Assembly (NCBI GenBank): GCA_031371345.1
Contig: JANMJM010000127.1
Location: forward strand, 133-64,132
Origin: Vicinamibacteria bacterium
Lineage (GTDB): Bacteria; Acidobacteriota; Vicinamibacteria; Vicinamibacterales; JAMQPK01
Length of the DNA stretch: 64,000 bases
Direction: 5' to 3'
Shown here: one piece after another, positions 27,849-34,693 of the stretch
Position numbering within the stretch: position 1 is the stretch's first letter
Layout of the letters: each line of letters starts with the position of its first letter
Made by a program: the position numbers and the translations under genes
Notes under the pieces: generated by a model
Database searches by the model: none
Seen by the model: only the letters and a program-made list of their open reading frames with translations
Told to the model about the DNA's origin: nothing

Positions 27849-28869
27849 AGTACAGCACCCCCGCGGCCGTGACGAGCAGGTTGATCACCGAGAGCGGCAG
27901 CAGCACTTTCCAGCCGAACCGCATCAGCTGGTCGTAGCGATATCGCGGCAGCGTCCACCGCATCCACACGTAGAAGAACAAAATCGCGCTCACCTTCAGC
28001 AGGAACCAGATCCAGCCGAGCGACTCCGGCAGAAACGGCCCATGCCATCCGCCCAGAAATAAATCGGTCGCAACCGCCGACACCGTGACCATGTTGATGT
28101 ACTCGGCCATGAAGAACAGCGCGAAGCTCATGCTGCTGTATTCGGTGTGATACCCGGCCACGAGTTCCTGTTCGGCCTCTGGAAAATCGAATGGGGCGCG
28201 GTTGGTCTCGGCGACCCCGGCGGTCATGTAGATGAAAAAGCTGACCGGTTGAATGAAGACGTACCACTTTGGAATGAAGCCGAGCCAGGCGCCCCCCTGC
28301 GCGTTCACGATGTCGCGAAGCGACATGGAACCCGCCAGCACCAGCACACTCGCGAGCGCCATGCCGTAGGAGAGCTCGTAGCTGATCATCTGCGCCGACG
28401 ATCGCAGCGCGCCGAGCAGCGAATACTTGCTGTTCGAGCTCCATCCGGCGAGCACGATGCCGTAGACGCTCATCGATGTGACCGCGAACACGAACAGCAC
28501 CGCCACGTTGACGTCGGCAACCTGAAGAGGAATCGGTGCCGGCAGGAGGCCCCAGAACGTCGTCTCGGCGCCGAATGGCACAACCGCGAACGCGGTGAAG
28601 GCCGCCGTCGCCGAAATGATGGGTGCAAGCGTGAAGAGAATCTTGTCTGCTGCCTTCGGGCGCAGATCCTCTTTCATCATCAGCTTGATGATGTCGGCCA
28701 GCGGCTGGAGCATGCCGTACGGGCCGACGAGGTACGGCCCCATGCGCTGCTGGATCCTTGCCGCCACCTTCCGCTCGACGTAGACCATGATCGCGGCCGA
28801 GTTCAGCAGCATGAAGAAGACAAAGCCCAGAATGCCGAGCTGGGCGATGAGGGTGGCGGAAGGTATCAC
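27838..28869 (-). CDS. nuoH: NADH-quinone oxidoreductase subunit H
   Basis: 343 aa: VERKVAARIQQRMGPYLVGPYGMLQPLADIIKLMMKEDL. Confidence 0.94.
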   Translation of the reverse strand: MIPSATLIAQLGILGFVFFMLLNSAAIMVYVERKVAARIQQRMGPYLVGPYGMLQPLADIIKLMMKEDLRPKAADKILFTLAPIISATAAFTAFAVVPFGAETTFWGLLPAPIPLQVADVNVAVLFVFAVTSMSVYGIVLAGWSSNSKYSLLGALRSSAQMISYELSYGMALASVLVLAGSMSLRDIVNAQGGAWLGFIPKWYVFIQPVSFFIYMTAGVAETNRAPFDFPEAEQELVAGYHTEYSSMSFALFFMAEYINMVTVSAVATDLFLGGWHGPFLPESLGWIWFLLKVSAILFFYVWMRWTLPRYRYDQLMRFGWKVLLPLSVINLLVTAAGVLYFGA

Positions 28870-28951
28870 GTCAGTATTGCCGTCTCGACGCAGAGAAACA
28901 AAACTCTGCGGCTCCGCGTCTTTGCGTCAAAGGCTAAGGAATGCATTTTGA

Positions 28952-30253
28952 TTAGTGCGAGTGCGCCGGGGCCGCCGAGCGGCGGCGCCACGGCGCGGGC
29001 AGCGGGCAGCGCCCCCCGCGAATGTGTGCTTCGTACTCACCCCTGAAATTTTTCAGCGTCGTCAATGCGGGCGTCGCCGCCGCATCGCCAAAGGCGCACA
29101 AGGTTTTGCCCGCAATGAGGCCCGCCACATTTTCGAGCAGCGCCAGATCCTTCATCTCGCCGTCGCCGCGCTCGATTTTTTCCAAAATGTTCAGCAGCCA
29201 TTGAGTGCCTTCACGGCACGGGGTGCATTTACCGCACGACTCGTGACGGTAAAACCTCAGCAGGTTCTCCGCCAGCCAGACCATGCACGTCGTCTCGTCG
29301 AGAACGATGATGCCGGCCGAACCGAGCAGCGATCCCGCCTTCGCCACGCCGTCGAAGCTGGCCTGGATGTCGAGCTGATCGGGAAGAAGAATGGGCACAG
29401 ACGATCCGCCTGGTATGACCGCTTTCAGCGCGCGACCGTCACGCACGCCGCCGGCAATATCAAAAATCAACTCGCGCAGCGTCGTGCTCATCGGCGCTTC
29501 GTAGACGCCGGGCTTCGTGACGTGGCCGCTGACGCAATAGAGTTTCGGGCCGCCGTTTTTTTCCGGCCCGAGCGCCGCGTACCACTCGGCGCCGCGAAGC
29601 AGAATCGACGGCACGTTGCAGAGTGTCTCGACGTTGTTCACCGCAGTCGGGGCTCCATAGAGACCCGCGATGGCGGGAAACGGCGGCTTCAACCGAGGCT
29701 GCGCGCGCTTGCCCTCGAGCGACTCGAGCAGCGCCGTCTCTTCGCCCGCTTCGTACGCGCCGGCGCCGCGATGGATGAAGATGTCGCAATCCCAGCCAAG
29801 GCCCATGGCGTTCTTGCCGACGTAGCCCTTCTTGTACGCCTCTTCGAGCTGCTGCTCGAGCACCTGCTGCACGTGCAGAAACTCGCCGCGTATATAGATG
29901 TAGGCGACCTTCGCGCCGATGGCGTGGCACGCGATGAGGCACCCCTCGAACAGCAAATGCGGGTTGCGCTCCATCAATAAATGATCTTTAAAGGTCCCGG
30001 GCTCGCTTTCGTCGGCGTTGCAAACGATGTACTTCGGTTTCGGTGAGTCCTTGACGACAAACTGCCACTTCATCCCGGCGGGGAATCCGGCGCCGCCGCG
30101 CCCTTTCAGCCCCGAAGCCTTCACGAGCTCGATGACGTCGTTCGGCTTCATTCCCAGCGCTTTACGCAAACCCTCGTATCCCTCGTGCTTGAGATAGAAG
30201 TCGAGCGTGTAACAGTGGGACTCGCGAACGTATTTCGTAAGGATGGCTTCCAC
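28952..30253 (-). CDS. nuoF: NADH-quinone oxidoreductase subunit F
   Basis: 433 aa. It has GLKGRGGAGFPAGMKWQF (FMN/NADH site) and the 4Fe-4S motif SCGKCTPCREG. Confidence 0.95.
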   Translation of the reverse strand: MEAILTKYVRESHCYTLDFYLKHEGYEGLRKALGMKPNDVIELVKASGLKGRGGAGFPAGMKWQFVVKDSPKPKYIVCNADESEPGTFKDHLLMERNPHLLFEGCLIACHAIGAKVAYIYIRGEFLHVQQVLEQQLEEAYKKGYVGKNAMGLGWDCDIFIHRGAGAYEAGEETALLESLEGKRAQPRLKPPFPAIAGLYGAPTAVNNVETLCNVPSILLRGAEWYAALGPEKNGGPKLYCVSGHVTKPGVYEAPMSTTLRELIFDIAGGVRDGRALKAVIPGGSSVPILLPDQLDIQASFDGVAKAGSLLGSAGIIVLDETTCMVWLAENLLRFYRHESCGKCTPCREGTQWLLNILEKIERGDGEMKDLALLENVAGLIAGKTLCAFGDAAATPALTTLKNFRGEYEAHIRGGRCPLPAPWRRRSAAPAHSH

Positions 30254-30262
30254 GTTTTCGCC

Positions 30263-30868
30263 CTAAGCCCTGTCGGGGATCTGATGGTGGCAGCCGGTCA
30301 GTGCGCCCTCGCCGCGAGCGCGGAGATCGTCGGCGAGCTTCCTGGCGTCTTCTGGTTGCAGGCACTCGTGCCAACTGTCGTTCACCATCACCAAGGGCGC
30401 GCGATCGCAGGCGCCCAGACATTCGACTTCCATCAATGTGAAGGTTCCGGTTGAATCCGTTTCGTTGGGCTCGATGCCCAGAACCGACATCAATTCTTCC
30501 GTCACGCGCTCGGCGCCGCGCAGCGCGCACGGAAGCGTTCGGCACACCTGCACCACATATTTTCCGACCGGCCGCGTGTAAAACATGGTGTAGAACGACA
30601 CGACGTCTTCGACGTCCGCCGCGGTGCAGCCAATGACGGTCGCCACATGCTGCACGGAGCTCAGCGAGATGTAGCCGATCTGCCGCTGCACCAGGAACAG
30701 CGCGGGCAGAATCGCCGACTTCCGGCCTTCGAGCGGATAGCGTGTCGCGATCTGCTCGAGACGCGCGCGATTCTCCGGCTCGTAGGCAAACACCTTCCCA
30801 TCATCGAACGGCATTTTGCGCGTCGAGCGATGGAACTCGCGGTAGTCGATCTTTGGGTGAAAGGTCAT
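30263..30868 (-). CDS. nuoE: NADH-quinone oxidoreductase subunit E
   Basis: 201 aa. It has the 2Fe-2S cysteines (VCRTLPCALRG ... VECLGACDRAP). Confidence 0.92.
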   Translation of the reverse strand: MTFHPKIDYREFHRSTRKMPFDDGKVFAYEPENRARLEQIATRYPLEGRKSAILPALFLVQRQIGYISLSSVQHVATVIGCTAADVEDVVSFYTMFYTRPVGKYVVQVCRTLPCALRGAERVTEELMSVLGIEPNETDSTGTFTLMEVECLGACDRAPLVMVNDSWHECLQPEDARKLADDLRARGEGALTGCHHQIPDRA

Positions 30869-30886
30869 ATCAACTTTTGAAGTTTT

Positions 30887-30975
30887 GAACTGGTGAACTG
30901 GTGAACTGGTGAACTGGTGAACTGGTGAACTGGAAACTCCAGATCACCAGTTCACCAGATCGCCAGTTCACCAGA
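30887..30975 (-). repeat. Tandem (GAACTGGT)x5 microsatellite forming a long hairpin between nuoD and nuoE
   Basis: Five perfect 8-mers lie at 30887-30926, with one variant copy. The complementary arm is agatcaccagttcaccagatcgccagttcaccagat. It uses the same word family as 18343..18425. Confidence 0.85.
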
Positions 30976-30980
30976 TTTCC

Positions 30981-32162
30981 TCATCTGTCCACATCCCCCA
31001 TCACCACGTCGATGGATCCGATGACGGCAATCACGTCGGCGATCAACCCGCCGACGATCATCCGCGGCAACGCCTGACACGCGAGCAACGAGGGCGACCG
31101 CGCTTTCAGGCGCCAGGGACGATTCGTGCCGTCGGCCACGACATAGAACCCGTGCTCGCCGCGCGCGCCTTCGACCGGCACGTAGGCTTCGCCGACAGGA
31201 ACCGTGAACCCCTGCGAGTAAATCAAGAAATGCTGAATCAGCGCTTCCATCTCCGTGTAGACGCGATCCTTCGGCGGCGGTACCACCGTCGGCGCGTCGG
31301 CGGCAAAGACGCCGGCCGGGGTGATGCGCGACAGGGCCTGGCGGCAGATCGTGACGCTCTGCCGCATTTCCTCGATGCGCACGAGATAGCGGTCGTACAC
31401 GTCGCCGTCGGTCCCGACCGGCACATCGAAGTCGAACGTATCGTAGCCGCTGTACGGGAAGATCTTGCGGACGTCGTAGTTCCAGCCGGAGGCGCGTCCA
31501 ATCGGCCCCGCCAGGCTGAGCCCGATGCACTCGTCCTTCGACAGCTTGCCCACGCCGCGCGTGCGCTTCACGTAAATTTCGTTCCTGGTCAGCAGACCTT
31601 CGTACTCGTTCAGCTTTGTGGGAAACGTGTCGAGAAACTGCGTGACGGCTTCGTGGAATCCGCGCGGCAGATCGTCGCGAAGGCCGCCCACGCGAATGTA
31701 GCTCGGGAACATGCGGAAGCCGGCGATGCGCTCGTTGATGTCGAGCAGCAGCTCGCGCTCGCGGAAGCAGTACAGCATCACCGAAATCGCGCCCACTTCC
31801 ATGGCGTGCGTGCCCAGCCACACCAAGTGACTGTTGATGCGTTGCAGCTCCGCGAGAAGCACGCGAATCCACTTCACACGATCCGGCATCTCGAGGCCGA
31901 GGAGCCTCTCCACCGACAGCGAGTACGCGAAGGAATTCGACTGAGCGCTCAGGTAATCCATGCGCTCGACGAGGGGAATCACCTGTTGGAATTTTTTTTG
32001 CTCGGCGGTCTTTTCGATGCCGGTGTGCAGATAGCCAATGGTCGGCGACGCCGAGACGACGGTCTCGCCATCGAGCTCGAGCACCAGACGCAGCACGCCG
32101 TGCGTGCTGGGGTGCTGCGGCCCCATGTTAATCGTCATCGTCTCGGTGCGGATTTCCGGCAT
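30981..32162 (-). CDS. nuoD: NADH-quinone oxidoreductase subunit D
   Basis: 393 aa: MTINMGPQHPSTHGVLRLVLELDGE, with a C-terminal ...DVVMGDVDR. Confidence 0.95.
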   Translation of the reverse strand: MPEIRTETMTINMGPQHPSTHGVLRLVLELDGETVVSASPTIGYLHTGIEKTAEQKKFQQVIPLVERMDYLSAQSNSFAYSLSVERLLGLEMPDRVKWIRVLLAELQRINSHLVWLGTHAMEVGAISVMLYCFRERELLLDINERIAGFRMFPSYIRVGGLRDDLPRGFHEAVTQFLDTFPTKLNEYEGLLTRNEIYVKRTRGVGKLSKDECIGLSLAGPIGRASGWNYDVRKIFPYSGYDTFDFDVPVGTDGDVYDRYLVRIEEMRQSVTICRQALSRITPAGVFAADAPTVVPPPKDRVYTEMEALIQHFLIYSQGFTVPVGEAYVPVEGARGEHGFYVVADGTNRPWRLKARSPSLLACQALPRMIVGGLIADVIAVIGSIDVVMGDVDR

Positions 32163-32169
32163 GACCGTC

Positions 32170-32718
32170 TTAGCGACCCGTCCCGGGATTGGCGGCGCGC
32201 GCCGCCCTGTCCTTGGCGAGATTGGCGCGGAACTCTTCTTCGCTCACCTGCAGCGGCTCGGACGACCGGGGCCTCAATCTGATTTGAACGGGGAAATCTT
32301 TGCGCAGCGGATGGCCTTGCCAGTCCTCGGGCATCAGCAGGCGGCGGAGATCGCCGTGATTGTCGAACTCGATGCCAAACATGTCCCACACTTCGCGCTC
32401 GAGCCATCCGGCGGCCGGCCACACACTCTGCACCGTCGGCAGACGCGCCGCCGAGCCTGGTACTGCCACTTTCAATCGAAGGCGCGCCGCAGGAGAGGCG
32501 AGCAGATACACCACTTCGAAGCGAGGCTCGCGCGGCCAGAAATCCACCGCGGTGAGGTCGGCGAGAAAGTTGAAGCCGAGCTCGGGACGATCGCGCAGCA
32601 GCCGGCACACGTCGATCAGCCGATCGGTCTGCACGAACAGCGTTTCCTGCCCGTCGGCGGTCACGATCGGATCGATGACGAGACCCGGCAGCAGGGTCCG
32701 CAGCGCGTCGACGATCAT
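32170..32718 (-). CDS. nuoC: NADH-quinone oxidoreductase subunit C
   Basis: The ORF runs 32170..32898. NuoC sequence starts at ATG 32718 ([12 protein letters not shown]...[25 protein letters not shown]), overlapping the nuoB TGA. Confidence 0.9.
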   Translation of the reverse strand: MIVDALRTLLPGLVIDPIVTADGQETLFVQTDRLIDVCRLLRDRPELGFNFLADLTAVDFWPREPRFEVVYLLASPAARLRLKVAVPGSAARLPTVQSVWPAAGWLEREVWDMFGIEFDNHGDLRRLLMPEDWQGHPLRKDFPVQIRLRPRSSEPLQVSEEEFRANLAKDRAARAANPGTGR

Positions 32719-33179
32719 GCGCGCTGGCCCGCGATCTTTTTCTGCAGCTGGACGATGCCGTAGATGAGCGATTCTGGCCGGGGCGGGCAGCCGGGAACGT
32801 AGACATCGACCGGCACGATCTGATCGACGCCCTGCACGAGCGCGTAATTGTCGAACACGCCGCCGATCTACGCGCAGGCGCCCATCGAGATCACCCACTT
32901 CGGCTCCGGCATCTGATCGTAGACGCGGCGCAGCGCGGGCGCCATTTTTCTGGAGAGGCGGCCGGCCACGATCATCAGATCGGACTGGCGCGGCGATCCG
33001 CGGAACACCTCGGCGCCAAAGCGCGCGATGTCGTAGCGCGCGCAGCTCATCGCCATCATTTCAATGGCGCAGCACGCGAGGCCAAAGGTCACGGGCCAGA
33101 TCGACGAGCGGCGGGCCCACTGCACCATCTTCTCGACGCTCGTCGTCAGCACCGGGAGTTCGAGATCGTGATCCGTCAC
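32715..33179 (-). pseudogene. nuoB: NADH-quinone oxidoreductase subunit B interrupted by an in-frame TAG (32868..32870)
   Basis: GTG 33179 overlaps the nuoA TGA. The frame reads ...[15 protein letters not shown]...[59 protein letters not shown], ending at TGA 32715. Conserved NuoB sequence therefore continues in the same frame after the stop. Confidence 0.85.
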
Positions 33180-33535
33180 TGATGACTCCAATCGAGCGCG
33201 CCTTTCTTCCAGACGTAGATATAGCCGGCCGTCAGCACCAGCGTGAACAAGAGGACCTGTAGATAACCCGACCATCCGAGCGCGCGCAGCGCGAGCGCCC
33301 AGGGATAGAGGAACGTGATCTCGATATCGAACAGCAGGAAAATCATCGCGATGAGATAGAACCGGATCGACTGCCGCTCGCGCGCGTCGCCGACCGGCGG
33401 CATGCCGCACTCGTAGGGCGCCATTTTTTCAGGCGTCGGATTGTGGGGTCCGAGAATTCTGGAGAGGAACACGGAGACACCGCCGAATCCGGCGGCCAGC
33501 ATCATCAACAGAAGGATCAGTAGCCAGTCCAGCAT
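33176..33535 (-). CDS. nuoA: NADH-quinone oxidoreductase subunit A
   Basis: 119 aa: ...[42 protein letters not shown]. Confidence 0.93.
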   Translation of the reverse strand: MLDWLLILLLMMLAAGFGGVSVFLSRILGPHNPTPEKMAPYECGMPPVGDARERQSIRFYLIAMIFLLFDIEITFLYPWALALRALGWSGYLQVLLFTLVLTAGYIYVWKKGALDWSHQ

Positions 33536-33542
33536 CGCAACT

Positions 33543-33572
33543 GAACGCTTGTGAAGCTTTTCGCAAGCGTTC
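33543..33572 (-). promoter_or_regulatory. Hairpin 7 nt upstream of the nuoA start codon
   Basis: GAACGCTTGTG (33543-53) pairs with CGCAAGCGTTC (33562-72), giving an 11-bp stem with one G-U. No obvious SD lies between it and the ATG. Confidence 0.4.
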
Positions 33573-33681
33573 TGGACCTCATACTATCATTTTGCGGCGG
33601 CCGTGCAGCGTACGCCGGCCTCACCCGCTCGACGGACGGCTGGCCGATATGTTGACGTGGTGAATCGGCGATGGGATCGGC

Positions 33682-33954
33682 TTAGTGCGCGTGCGTCACG
33701 CCCAGCGCCTTCAGCTGCTTGTCGAGCTCGGCCAACGCGCTGGTGAGCTGCTGCTTCCTGGCGGTGTGCGCAGTCGTGGCGAGCTGCCGGCTCAGCTCGG
33801 TGTGAGCGAGCCGCAGCGATTCGGCGCGGCGCATGCGTTCCGGGTCGTGATCGGCTTTCTGATTGGCTCGTCGTGCGCGCTCTTCCTCGCGTTCGTCCAT
33901 CCGCTCCTGGATGCGGTTCTGGGCGTCGATTAATCCTTCACCTGCGTCTGCCAT
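33682..33954 (-). CDS. Hypothetical small coiled-coil protein
   Basis: The ORF runs 33682..34029. The likely start is MADAGEGLIDAQNRIQERMDEREEERARRANQ at 33954. It is a charged helical protein of 90 aa. Confidence 0.5.
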   Translation of the reverse strand: MADAGEGLIDAQNRIQERMDEREEERARRANQKADHDPERMRRAESLRLAHTELSRQLATTAHTARKQQLTSALAELDKQLKALGVTHAH

Positions 33955-34013
33955 CGGTAGTCCTTTCGGGGTCGGGAAATTTACAGCTCCTATGATTATA
34001 GTACGATTACCGG

Positions 34014-34514
34014 ATGCCGCCCGCCTCATCTTTTGACGTCACCTCGACCGTCGACTTGCAGGAAGTCGACAACGCCATCAACCAGGCGCGCAAGGAAGTG
34101 GGCCAGCGCTACGACTTCAAGGGGTCGCCGGCGGCCATCGAGTTCAACAAAACTGACAGCACCATGACGCTCGTGGCCGAAGATGCGTTCAAGATGGATC
34201 AGCTCTGGGACGTCCTGCAGACGCGCCTGATTCGGCGCAGTGTGCCGGTGAAAAATCTCAAACTGGGCGATATCGAGAACGCCGGCAACTCCACCGTGCG
34301 ACGGATCATCACGCTTCAGCAGGGAATTCCGAGCGACGCCGCTCGCGACATCATCAAGTACTTGAAGGATCAGAAACTGAAGAAAGTGCAGGCCAACATT
34401 CAGGGCGACCAACTGCGCATTTCTTCACCCTCGAAAGACGAGTTGCAGGACGTGATGCGCCTGCTACGCGATCACGACTTCGGCATCGCCCTCCAGTTTG
34501 GTAATTACCGCTAA
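34014..34514 (+). CDS. yajQ: YajQ-family (UPF0234) nucleotide/c-di-GMP-binding protein
   Basis: 166 aa: SFDVTSTVDLQEVDNAINQARKEVGQRYDFKGS ... ALQFGNYR, with the full-length family pattern. Confidence 0.9.
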   Translation: MPPASSFDVTSTVDLQEVDNAINQARKEVGQRYDFKGSPAAIEFNKTDSTMTLVAEDAFKMDQLWDVLQTRLIRRSVPVKNLKLGDIENAGNSTVRRIITLQQGIPSDAARDIIKYLKDQKLKKVQANIQGDQLRISSPSKDELQDVMRLLRDHDFGIALQFGNYR

Positions 34515-34645
34515 CCAAAACCGCCGTTGATGTGCCTTTCTGGCACTAAAAAGAACTCTTCGGTGTTGCGCGATTGTCCTGCTATCAATTTGGAAGGGCG
34601 CAACTTATCAGTGACTTAGCCCCGCACCACGAATGTGCGATCGGC

Positions 34646-34660
34646 TGGCATATCTCCTGC
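34646..34660 (+). promoter_or_regulatory. Sigma54-type -24/-12 promoter candidate upstream of the TonB-dependent receptor
   Basis: TGGCATATCTCCTGC compared with consensus TGGCACG-N4-TTGC. GG and GC are at canonical spacing, and it lies 34 nt upstream of ATG 34694. Confidence 0.4.
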
Positions 34661-34693
34661 TCTCTTGCCATTGAATTTACCGAAGGGACGGCT

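Noticed and set aside
28870-28951. Remnant of nuoG in the nuoF-nuoH spacer
   Set aside because: The spacer is 82 nt with no ORF or recognisable NuoG-coding fragment, only a small CGCAGAG/CTCTGCG hairpin.
30887-30934. Possible CRISPR array or phase-variation tract
   Set aside because: The units are 8 bp with no spacers, and the tract is one arm of a hairpin. It is not CRISPR-like and is not inside a coding region or between promoter elements that I can identify.
32868-32870. Genome-wide reassignment of TAG as a sense codon
   Set aside because: alr, prs, rpsR, rplY and rplI all terminate at TAG at the expected protein lengths, so TAG functions as a stop in this genome.
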